From positions 1 to 64,000 of the IMG/VR virus record IMGVR_UViG_3300046653_000093: a stretch of 64,000 bases of DNA. One strand, given 5' to 3'. Every line of letters begins with the position of its first letter. The stretch's first letter is position 1. Shown piece after piece: positions 30,677 to 39,002 of the stretch. A program made the translations under genes and the position numbers. The notes beneath the pieces are model-generated. The model worked only from the letters and a program-made list of their open reading frames with translations, was not told the origin of the DNA and did not search any database.

Positions 30677-30830
30677 AGTACATCTATCAAATCAACCTTA
30701 CAAGCAATAACGGTGGTTCGATTCCATCATTCCCCACCAGCGCTTCGGCGCAAACAATGGGGAATTAGCCTAATGGTAAGGCAAGTGACAGTAAATCACT
30801 CGATAAATAGGTTAATTACTCAGGTGTACT
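30677..30830 (+). ncRNA. YrlA-like Y RNA / permuted tRNA mimic, copy 2
   Basis: terminal stem AGTACATCT/AGGTGTACT; T-arm GGTGG-TTCGATT-CCATC; acceptor ATTCCCCA/TGGGGAAT; D-arm TAGCCTAATGGTAAGGC. Confidence 0.78.
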
Positions 30831-30836
30831 TACTAT

Positions 30837-30910
30837 GGTGGCGGAACACAAATGGCCAGTGGACACGTTGTGATCGTGTTATTTGCGGGTTCGAATCCCG
30901 TCCGTTACCC
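30837..30910 (+). tRNA. tRNA-His(GTG)
   Basis: ACACG-TTGTGAT-CGTGT; G-1 present. Confidence 0.82.
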
Positions 30911-31096
30911 CGGCTCGAAGACATGCTCCAAACATGTTACCTTTGATCGAGCCTTGCATTTGATCAGCGATGACAAAGGAACCTGATTGAATGAATCCGA
31001 TAGGCAGCCGGAGAGTAGTTATCGAAACAAAAAGCCGGTACGGAAGGGCCTGATAGATGGCAATTTATCAGACCCTGCTACTAACTAAGGATATTT

Positions 31097-31339
31097 ATGG
31101 AAGTAATTGAAACTGGTTTTAGTCATGCTCATGAAGCGGTAGCCTTTAAGATGGATAGTGGTCATGTTCTATTTTTTGGACCCAATGTCGTTCCCGGAAC
31201 AGATGTACCAACATTTCGTTTTACATATGGTGGAAGTATACCAAAGGAAGAACGTGCCCAGATGATTAAATCAATCAAAAAATATTGTAAGGAAAAAGGA
31301 TTCAGTGCTCCACTTGATTTCTTCAATTCCAAAGCATAA
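31097..31339 (+). CDS. hypothetical protein
   Basis: TAAGGA SD; 80 aa. Confidence 0.6.
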   Translation: MEVIETGFSHAHEAVAFKMDSGHVLFFGPNVVPGTDVPTFRFTYGGSIPKEERAQMIKSIKKYCKEKGFSAPLDFFNSKA

Positions 31340-31497
31340 TAAAAGAGGAGTTATGAAATCTAAACCTAGAAATTACGTCATGGCACTCATTGCCAAGAAT
31401 GACCCAACGCGATACCATACTCGCTCGGTTGAAGCCGAGCATATAAAGCTACAACGTAACAGAGCACGCCGACGCGCTAAGGAGCGCAAGGAAATAT

Positions 31498-31568
31498 GTG
31501 AAGGTAGCTCAATGGTAGAGCAATCGGTTGGCCCGATCTATGGGAGTTCGATTCCCCCCTGCACACCA
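31498..31568 (+). tRNA. degenerate tRNA with a 5-nt anticodon loop
   Basis: canonical D-arm TAGCTCAATGGTAGAGC, T-arm and ACCA; arm ATCGG-TTGGC-CCGAT. Confidence 0.6.
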
Positions 31569-31698
31569 GGAGTTATTCCTCCGCCAAGAACTCTTCAAGA
31601 CTCAGATCGTGATATAATAATAGCGGAAGCAATTGCTTGGGATAGAGAATTTTCTAAGAGAGTTGCGAATATCGAGATATATAGATAATAGAGTATTT

Positions 31699-31772
31699 TG
31701 GGACATAGTACAAAGGTAGTACAACTGGCTCTGACCCAGCACATGGGAGTTCGATTCTCTCTGTCCCAACCA
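31699..31772 (+). tRNA. tRNA-Gln(CTG)
   Basis: CTGG-CTCTGAC-CCAG; ACCA end. Confidence 0.85.
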
Positions 31773-31865
31773 TCTGGTTTATAGTGAGCCATATTGCGCA
31801 ATATGGTCTGGTAAAATCCCGAGGGTATTGTGCGTTCGATTCGCACCACTGTAGATCAGTCTTAT

Positions 31866-31936
31866 TGGGGTATAGTACAATGGTAGTACAGCTGGCTTTG
31901 ACCCAGTATACGGGAGTTCGATCCTCTCTACCCCAA
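31866..31936 (+). tRNA. tRNA-Gln(TTG)
   Basis: GCTGG-CTTTGAC-CCAGT. Confidence 0.87.
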
Positions 31937-31949
31937 CTTCAAAATATAT

Positions 31950-32031
31950 GTCCAGCTGGTGGATTTGGTATACACAACAGTTTAAGAAGCTGTCGCCGTA
32001 AGGCATGCGAGTTCGACTCTCGCGCTGGACA
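31950..32031 (+). tRNA. tRNA-Leu(AAG)
   Basis: ACAGT-TTAAGAA-GCTGT; variable arm GCC-GTAA-GGC; A73. Confidence 0.82.
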
Positions 32032-32267
32032 CAAGATCCTTTCCCTGGCGGGGAGACGTCACAGTGGTTCGAATCCACAACTGGATCGAGATTTGTAATT
32101 GATAACTACTGATCATGGTAATTCAATTTCAAATCGTTATGCTCAATTGGTTAATTACCGCTAGTTCAATTCTAGCGTTGAGCACGAATTCACTTTCTAC
32201 ACAGATTAGGAATGTCCTAGTAAGCAAACCACCGAAAGGATGTTAGGCTTGGGAGTGCGTATGTTAT

Positions 32268-32340
32268 GCAGCAGTAGCTCAGTTGGTAGAGCAGTAGCCT
32301 GAAGAGTTACGTGTCGTCCGTTCGACCCGGACCTGCTGCA
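32268..32340 (+). tRNA. tRNA-Phe(GAA)
   Basis: GTAGC-CTGAAGA-GTTAC. Confidence 0.85.
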
Positions 32341-32343
32341 CTA

Positions 32344-32465
32344 GAGGTTGGTTCTTGGTTCGATCCCAAGATAGATATGCAGTGCCGATAGGCCATTTCC
32401 CGCTCAATTAGTGTACAATAATTCGAAGGAAAGTAATACTATTAGCTCATTGGTAGAGCAGCCTC
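32344..32465 (+). ncRNA. third permuted tRNA-like RNA
   Basis: closing stem GAGGTTG/CAGCCTC; T-arm CTTGG-TTCGATC-CCAAG precedes D-arm TAGCTCATTGGTAGAGC. Confidence 0.6.
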
Positions 32466-32470
32466 GCAAT

Positions 32471-32543
32471 GGACTCTAAACTAATCTGGTGAAAGTGCTT
32501 GTCTGAAAAGCAAGAAAGCCCGGATCGTAACCGGGAGAGTCCA
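32471..32543 (+). tRNA. tRNA-Phe(GAA)
   Basis: CTTGT-CTGAAAA-GCAAG. Confidence 0.78.
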
Positions 32544-32714
32544 CTTACAGATATGAATCCTAGAATAGCCAAACACCAAGTTGGCGTTTACAATTAGGAT
32601 AACGGTTTCGTCTCTTCCGGACATACGGGAGACGGCAAACTCGTAGCGAGGCGAGGGCGATAATTCTGAGGTCGCAAAGTCTCAGAAACAACATCTAGAT
32701 AATAAAACTTAATA

Positions 32715-32789
32715 TTGTAGAGTAGGCAAACAGGTAAGCCGGCGGATTGTTACTCCGTTGATTTGGGGGTTCGATGCCCTCCTCTACAG
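32715..32789 (+). tRNA. tRNA-Asn(GTT)
   Basis: GCGGA-TTGTTAC-TCCGT. Confidence 0.8.
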
Positions 32790-32794
32790 CTAAT

Positions 32795-32866
32795 GGCCCC
32801 ATACACTAATGGCTAGGTGGGCAGTCTTTCTAACTGCAGGTCCGAGTTCGAATCTCGGTGGGGTCA
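32795..32866 (+). tRNA. tRNA-Glu(TTC)
   Basis: GCAGT-CTTTCTA-ACTGC. Confidence 0.82.
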
Positions 32867-32880
32867 CTGATAGAAAATAC

Positions 32881-32954
32881 GCCTCCATCGTCTAACGGTT
32901 TAGGATCGCTGTTTTTCACACAGCAAATGAGGAGTTCGATTCTCCCTGGAGGTA
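32881..32954 (+). tRNA. tRNA-Glu(TTC)
   Basis: GCTGT-TTTTCAC-ACAGC. Confidence 0.87.
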
Positions 32955-33143
32955 CTGATATATAAGCCAATATGTGTATTGCAACAGAACAAATATGCGA
33001 AGCTTGTGGAGAGAAATATTGGCAAGGAGATCTTCGGTTCGATGAATTACTGAAATGTGATGAGTGCCGAGGAATCAAACTACTTCCAGAGGAATATCCT
33101 CTAACAAGAGAACAATGGTTTGAAACTATAACCAAATTACAAC

Positions 33144-33227
33144 GCTAACGTGGCGGAACTGGTATACGCAGCAGCTTCAGAGACTGCCGTCGATTTAGAC
33201 ATAAGGGTTCGATTCCCTTCGTTAGCA
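33144..33227 (+). tRNA. tRNA-Leu(CAG)
   Basis: loop TTCAGAG; long variable arm. Confidence 0.85.
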
Positions 33228-33352
33228 CCTGAAGTAGCTTGAGCCTAATGGCAGAGCTAGAGTAACAACTCTGGTTGAGAGTTTGAATCTCTCAGTTACT
33301 TCAATACTATTAAATACTGAATATTGTGATATAGGCTATGTTAGTTGCTTTT

Positions 33353-33423
33353 GCCCTCATCGTTCATTGGAAGGATGCTAGCTTGTCACGCTAGAGAGAG
33401 GAGATCGATACTCCTTGGGGGCG
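33353..33423 (+). tRNA. tRNA-Asp(GTC)
   Basis: CTAGC-TTGTCAC-GCTAG. Confidence 0.82.
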
Positions 33424-33495
33424 CAAAATTGTCAGGCTATATTCTGACATGGGAAATAAGGTATATGGAATAATTATTATCATAGAGGTGTTCTA

Positions 33496-33816
33496 ATGTC
33501 ACAAAGTCTTAGGGAATCTCCACAACATTCAATTGCTCCCAGTGATGCAGAACACCATCCTAAAACCTTGGAACAGGCAGTCATTGCGCTAGATAATATG
33601 CTCAATGAAGAAACTAAATTGTTCCTTTCCGCTCTTAAAACAGAAGCTGCAATTATAGAACTTCATCATACGCTTGGACGCTATCTTAGAAATAAGTGGT
33701 GTCTGTGGAGTGGCTCAGATCTTGCTAGGCATATGAAGGAAGTTCACGGAATAGACCACCCAGATGATATGTCACATGCAATTCTGGTTGCATATTGTAA
33801 CAGTATTGTGAAATAG
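33496..33816 (+). CDS. DUF6794-like hypothetical protein
   Basis: HHTLGRYLRNKWCLW..GIDHPDDMS. Confidence 0.65.
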   Translation: MSQSLRESPQHSIAPSDAEHHPKTLEQAVIALDNMLNEETKLFLSALKTEAAIIELHHTLGRYLRNKWCLWSGSDLARHMKEVHGIDHPDDMSHAILVAYCNSIVK

Positions 33817-33870
33817 TCTCGGTCGAGAAAGCTACATTCTGGGTATTTACTAATAAACCAAGAATACGAT

Positions 33871-34734
33871 ATGAAATCTACAAAGTGGATTTTGATAGTC
33901 ACCGCTTTACTCGCGTGTATATCTGCAAAGAACATTCATCACGGCTCAATAGCCACTGCGCAAGAGCCGGCCTTAATTACCAAAGAACAAGATTTTGAAC
34001 TTGACTTCTTGACAGAAACTTACGACGAAAGTAAGTTCTCTTCACCAGCCGAATATCCGCCACCAATTTGCCCAGATGATATGATTGAAATATCTGGAGA
34101 GTATTGTCTCTTTGTAAAAGAAACATGTTTGAAGTGGATAGATGCGGATAATAAATATCCATATATGTGCGAGAGGTTTGAATACCCAACAAAGTGTTTA
34201 TCAAAAACCGTACATATGAATTTCTGTATCGATAAATTCGAAGCGCAAACTTCAAAAGATGAAATTCCAGAAGTCTTTATTGATTGGTTCACTGCAAAAA
34301 CTAGATGTGAATCTTCTGGTAAAAGATTGTGCGATGTACGTGAGCTTACCTTGGCCTGTGAAGGGCCAGAATTGAAACCATATCCATATGGTTATATAAG
34401 AGATATTACAAAATGTAATACTGGAAACTCATGGATTGATCCTGATAAAACTCCATTTGAAAAACTAGATCGAAGAGTTACTAGTGGCAAATATGAAACT
34501 TGCAAATCAGATTTTGGAGTGTATAATGGCATTGGGAATGTTGATGAGTGGTCAATTAATTCTGAAGGATCAATGACAAAGGCTCCATATAAGAGCGCGC
34601 TGTTCGGTGGGCATTATGTAAATGGAATCAGAAATAGATGTAGAGATCAGGGAGTTCCATCTGTTACAACATCCCATGGCCCTGGCGCAAAGAACTACGA
34701 AATCTCATATCGGTGTTGCTCAGATGTGAATTAA
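33871..34734 (+). CDS. formylglycine-generating-enzyme (SUMF1/FGE-sulfatase) domain protein, secreted
   Basis: signal peptide; CPDDM, FCIDKFE, GKRLC, YPYG, SDFGV..GNVDEW, YRCC. Confidence 0.85.
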   Translation: MKSTKWILIVTALLACISAKNIHHGSIATAQEPALITKEQDFELDFLTETYDESKFSSPAEYPPPICPDDMIEISGEYCLFVKETCLKWIDADNKYPYMCERFEYPTKCLSKTVHMNFCIDKFEAQTSKDEIPEVFIDWFTAKTRCESSGKRLCDVRELTLACEGPELKPYPYGYIRDITKCNTGNSWIDPDKTPFEKLDRRVTSGKYETCKSDFGVYNGIGNVDEWSINSEGSMTKAPYKSALFGGHYVNGIRNRCRDQGVPSVTTSHGPGAKNYEISYRCCSDVN

Positions 34735-34741
34735 TATTTAT

Positions 34742-34820
34742 ACCTCCATAACTCAATTGGAATCAGAGTGTCTCTCTTCTAAAGAGAATGTTGTGGGTTC
34801 AACTCCCTCTGGAGGTACCA
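34742..34820 (+). tRNA. tRNA-Arg(TCT)
   Basis: TCTCT-CTTCTAA-AGAGA; ACCA end. Confidence 0.82.
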
Positions 34821-34857
34821 AGATATATGCAGTACAAACCGGAAGTACTAAATATAC

Positions 34858-34930
34858 GCCCCTTTAACTTAACGGATTAGAGTTCCTGCCTTCGAAGCAG
34901 GGAGTGGGAGTTCGATTCTCTCAAGGGGTA
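34858..34930 (+). tRNA. tRNA-Arg(TCG)
   Basis: CCTGC-CTTCGAA-GCAGG. Confidence 0.85.
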
Positions 34931-35185
34931 CTAAAGGAAATATATGTCAGCAAATATGTTTATCAGACAAGCAGAACGAAACTCTTGTAGTGTAGGAAGT
35001 CTCAATAGAGGCTGGGACTGGCAAAATGGACACTGTAAATCTTTTGGGTTTAAGAAAGGTTTGCGTCGAGCAAGGCGCAGAGTCTCCAAGAAGATCATCG
35101 AAAGAGAATTAGCGGAGGCATGATGGCAGAGAAAGCAAGAATGCAAGAAGCTGAAATGAATATCGGTAATAGAGGAAGTCTTCTA

Positions 35186-35231
35186 GAATGCGGTAATCGT
35201 AAGGGCTTGAATGCGGTAATCGTAAGGGCTT
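35186..35231 (+). repeat. perfect 23-bp tandem duplication
   Basis: GAATGCGGTAATCGTAAGGGCTT x2. Confidence 0.9.
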
Positions 35232-35354
35232 GGTTGAGAATCTGAAGCGCGGCTTGCGAAGGGCACGGCGCAGGTTTTCAAAGAAGCTGATTGAGATAGA
35301 GTTGAAAGATGTGGCACCAAAAGCACATCATAGATAATGGCCGCGTAACTCAAT

Positions 35355-35430
35355 GTTCCTGTAGCACAATGAATGGTGCAGTTTCCTCCTAAGAAAACGG
35401 TTGTGAGTTTAAATCTCACCAGGAACGCCA
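35355..35430 (+). tRNA. tRNA-Arg(CCT)
   Basis: loop CTCCTAA; GCCA end. Confidence 0.8.
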
Positions 35431-35463
35431 ATATAGTCGAGAAACTTAATTCGCAGTTCAATA

Positions 35464-35964
35464 TGAGTGAATCATAGGAGAGCTGTGAATAAATGGACAA
35501 AAGAAGAATTCGAAGACGCAGTAGTAAAAAGCAAAAGCATCAAAGAAGTATTTCTACGTTTAGGAAATTCTACCACTGGATATAATACTTTCCACAGATA
35601 CAAAAAGCTATATAAAATTGATACATCTCATTTATGTGGACAAATACTTGCTGGGAAAAACCAAAAGGGGCGAGTCCATCAACGGCCACTAAGCGAGATT
35701 TTAATCAAAGATGGCACTTCCCTAAAGATCAGATTGATTAAAGAAGGTCTGTTAGAAAACAAATGCAAAATCTGCGGTATAGACAGCTGGGATGGTAAAC
35801 CATTGACTCTGCAATTAGATCATATCAATGGAGATCACTGGGACCACAGAATAGAAAACCTTAGGATACTGTGTCCAAATTGTCATACTCAAACAGACAC
35901 ATATGCAAATAAAAAAGGAAGTAATAAGAAACCTCTAAGACGTGTAAATGCGGTTGTGATATAA
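35464..35964 (+). CDS. HNH homing endonuclease; Zn/HTH tail continues in another frame to about 36167
   Basis: CKICG..LQLDHINGDHWDHRIENLRILCPNCH. Confidence 0.88.
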
Positions 35965-36144
35965 CATATCACTCAAGCACATGCAGAAAATGCCGGCAAG
36001 GAAATAAAAAGATCATTTGGCCAAGTTTAGAGTTCCTGGAAAAGTCCATACAAAACAGTAACTATTCATTTGTAGCCAAACAGCTTGGAGTGTCTGATAA
36101 TGCTATAAGAAAACACCTACAAAAATTAGGTGTTGAAGTTGTGA

Positions 36145-36217
36145 GCCCCTATAGTATAACGGAATAGAACAAGACCCTACGAAGGTTGAGATACAGGTTC
36201 AAATCCTGTTGGGGGTA
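36145..36217 (+). tRNA. tRNA-Arg(ACG)
   Basis: loop CTACGAA. Confidence 0.8.
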
Positions 36218-36218
36218 C

Positions 36219-36290
36219 TATCCTGTAGCTCAATGGTAGAGTGCCTCCCCGACTAGGAGGAAGTCGTCAGTTCGAACCTGACCAGGATAA
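36219..36290 (+). tRNA. tRNA-Val(GAC), atypical loop
   Basis: CCTCC-CCGACTA-GGAGG. Confidence 0.7.
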
Positions 36291-36297
36291 CTAACAT

Positions 36298-36368
36298 GGG
36301 CACTTAGTTAAATGGTAGAACGCCTCTTTTACACGGAGAAGATAACAGTTCGATTCTGTTAGAGCCTA
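36298..36368 (+). tRNA. tRNA-Val(TAC)
   Basis: loop TTTACAC. Confidence 0.78.
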
Positions 36369-36380
36369 CAAAGATTTCAT

Positions 36381-36451
36381 GGGCCATTAAGTCAATGGAA
36401 GACTCGCAGACTTTTAATCTGTAAACATCAGTTCGATCCTGATATGGCCTA
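36381..36451 (+). tRNA. tRNA-Lys(TTT)
   Basis: GCAGA-CTTTTAA-TCTGT. Confidence 0.85.
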
Positions 36452-36455
36452 CTAT

Positions 36456-36526
36456 AGAGGTATAAGTCAACGGTAGACTAGCGGTCTCTTAAACCGTCTA
36501 TGAGAGTTCGATTCTCTCTACCTCTA
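36456..36526 (+). tRNA. tRNA-Lys(CTT)
   Basis: GCGGT-CTCTTAA-ACCGT. Confidence 0.87.
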
Positions 36527-36829
36527 CTCATAAAAATGGTCGAGAAGTATCCATATATTATACTTAATATATGGATACTAAATAGCAAATTACACAAATT
36601 AGGAATTGATTGGAGTCATTATTCATTACCAACTCAATTGGTAAAATGACGGTAGTTCGTAAAGGAGATAGAATAATCAAAATAGGAGCGTCGGTCCGGT
36701 TAAGGCTCGTGAGGGTTTCCCTCCACACTCACGAAGTATCATCGTCCAATAACAACCCTGGATTCGTCCTGGACTTGTAGGATCAGGTTAAGTGCCGAGA
36801 TGGAAGACAATCTCCCTAATACTTCTTAT

Positions 36830-36901
36830 AGACCATTGGTGTAACGGTAACACAGCTGCCTCCAAAACAGTTAGATGCGGGTTCGAATCCTGTGTGGTCT
36901 G
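36830..36901 (+). tRNA. tRNA-Trp(CCA)
   Basis: loop CTCCAAA. Confidence 0.83.
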
Positions 36902-37198
36902 CAAGATAAATATGTAACCAAATACTCTTTGGTAAAACATAGATATATAACTAAACATGCTTACTAAAGAAGAACGCAAAGCAGAATTCTTAAGATTGAT
37001 GGAAGTTACATCTGATTTAGAATGTACTTTCTTAGCTGGCAATCCAGATGGTATTAGTATATGCGCTTATTGTGATTGTTGGTGGCATGTTGGTGACATA
37101 CCAAAACATACTTCAGGTTGTAATAGACCAAATCAGGATACGTGAGGTAACATGAATAACATACAAAAACTACAGTAAATCACAAAAGCAGAGATTGG

Positions 37199-37335
37199 TT
37201 GGATGATAGTAAAGAGAATCTTGAGTTCTTGTGTCCAAATTGCCACAGTCAAACAGATGGATGGTGTGGTAGTAAATATGAAATTGAACTTTTTAGTGAA
37301 GTAGAACACTCAAGAAGAGCACGTGTAAGAAGACA
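37199..37335 (+). pseudogene. HNH endonuclease remnant
   Basis: only DDSKENLEFLCPNCHSQT remains. Confidence 0.6.
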
Positions 37336-37337
37336 AT

Positions 37338-37419
37338 GTCAGCGTGGCGTAACGGCAGCCGCAGCAAGCTTAGAACTTGCTGAGTAATACTCGTGGGGGT
37401 TCGACTCCCTCCGCTGACA
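37338..37419 (+). tRNA. tRNA-Leu(TAG)
   Basis: GCAAG-CTTAGAA-CTTGC; long variable arm. Confidence 0.87.
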
Positions 37420-37612
37420 CTATGATAACTTATCTATTAACAAAGATGTTTTATTTTCTATTCAGTGTTTGTGGACCTTTGCGTACAGCCGCTGGAACAG
37501 CAGAACGCAGATTGTATAATGAACATCTTGGTGATATATGGGTATCAAAATATGATGTACAGATGCCAATAATATCGGAAGATGTTACTGAACCTGAATT
37601 AGATATAAAGTC

Positions 37613-37906
37613 ATGATGACAGATTGTCCACTTTGTAGTCGAGAAGTTCCCCACCGGAGCGATCATCATTTGACTCCTCGCTCTCGTGGAGGGAAGGTTA
37701 CACTTCCAATATGTTTAGACTGTCATAAGTCAGTACATGCATTTTTCACAAACAAAGAATTGGAAGATAGATATAATACAGTTGATGCGCTTTTAGGGGA
37801 CGAGAAGTTCGCCAAGCACATCAAATGGTTGAGTAAGCAAGACCCGAACAGGAGATATAGAACTGTAAGGGTTTCCGAAAAGAAACATCGAGGAAGAAGC
37901 GGATGA
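37613..37906 (+). CDS. small HNH-fold protein
   Basis: CPLC..HHLTPRSRGG..CLDCHKSVH..TNKEL. Confidence 0.8.
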   Translation: MMTDCPLCSREVPHRSDHHLTPRSRGGKVTLPICLDCHKSVHAFFTNKELEDRYNTVDALLGDEKFAKHIKWLSKQDPNRRYRTVRVSEKKHRGRSG

Positions 37907-38085
37907 AAGTATACGAGTTAATTGAAAAGCTTTCGGAAATGCCGCAATTAGCAAATGTAAATATTGTGTTCGATACTGGTTTTGCGAGTAGAGATATTGA
38001 AAGCGTTTATATAGATTGGGAGAATGAATATCCTACTATATGTATAGATGAAGGTAAAATGTCTCGGATCGTCTCGGAGTGATAT

Positions 38086-38157
38086 GGGCCTGTCATATAC
38101 GGGTTAGTATGCAATTCTTATAAATTTGACAAGATGGTTCGACTCCATCCAGGCCTA
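38086..38157 (+). tRNA. tRNA-Ile(TAT)
   Basis: loop CTTATAA; body closely resembles the adjacent tRNA-Ile(GAT). Confidence 0.75.
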
Positions 38158-38191
38158 CGCAATCTATCAATAACTTAGCAGATACATATTA

Positions 38192-38263
38192 CGGTCTATC
38201 ATATAATGGTTAGTATGCAAGTCTGATACACTTGTCACGATGGTTCGAGTCCATCTAGACCGA
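38192..38263 (+). tRNA. tRNA-Ile(GAT)
   Basis: CAAGT-CTGATAC-ACTTG. Confidence 0.85.
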
Positions 38264-38386
38264 CTGGGTAACGCGAAAAATAGTTCGGTTCTTGTCTTGT
38301 TCATGTGTGTTTCTTTCGTTTCTGGGTTCGTGACTTGTTGATTTGGTTTTCGCGTTACCCTTTTCTTTGCCCCCATCTTCTAACGG

Positions 38387-38959
38387 CTAGGAGTGATTTA
38401 GAGTAGCTAAGTGACACTTTTTGCATCTATTAGCATCTGGAGATATTTTTCGGTTACACTGCTCGCAGCGATGGTGATTTACTTTACCCTTCCTACCAGA
38501 AAACGTAGGCGTCTGAGTATGGCAATTGGGACATAATATCCTTAGATTTTCTAATCTGTTATCATCATGATCTCCGCTTATATGGTCTAGTTGCAACACT
38601 AACGGCTCTCCATTCCATTCATTACCTTGGCCGCATTTGAAGCATTTATCATCAAAAATATTGGAACTGATGAGCCGATCTTTCAATACTTGAGAATTTA
38701 CCTTAATTCCATTTTGCAAATACTCTGATATATCTTTTTTAGGACCAAACTTTCGGTTTCTGTTCGAGGCCAATCCCAACGTTATATGACCATAGCTGAT
38801 TTCATCTTCAATCAATCTTCTCTTGAGGGTTTTGTAGTTTCCGCTTCCAATCCCGAAATGTTCTAGAATCTCAGCTAAACTCTTGCAGGCATTGACAATT
38901 TCTTGAAATTTTTCAGTAGTAGGTTTATATATTACACTAGTCTTTTTTCGGTTTACCAT
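38387..38959 (-). CDS. HNH homing endonuclease, antisense within the tRNA array
   Basis: CFKCG..LQLDHISGDHDDNRLENLRILCPNCH. Confidence 0.9.
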   Translation of the reverse strand: MVNRKKTSVIYKPTTEKFQEIVNACKSLAEILEHFGIGSGNYKTLKRRLIEDEISYGHITLGLASNRNRKFGPKKDISEYLQNGIKVNSQVLKDRLISSNIFDDKCFKCGQGNEWNGEPLVLQLDHISGDHDDNRLENLRILCPNCHTQTPTFSGRKGKVNHHRCEQCNRKISPDANRCKKCHLATLNHS

Positions 38960-39002
38960 ATAAGGACATATATCAATATACATAGATGTCCTTAGATAAT
39001 TC

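Noticed and set aside
30461-30830. Two-piece (permuted) tmRNA
   Set aside because: No tag reading frame or pseudoknot region, full D-arms are present, and there are two short tandem copies; YrlA-like architecture fits better
30911-31076. RNase P RNA
   Set aside because: Slight resemblance to the 3' consensus only; too short and lacks the GAGGAAAGUCC 5' motif
28382-33135. Short ORFs 28382-28570, 28875-29060, 30421-30609, 30713-30946, 31595-32098 and 32830-33135
   Set aside because: They overlap tRNA or ncRNA genes and are incidental frames
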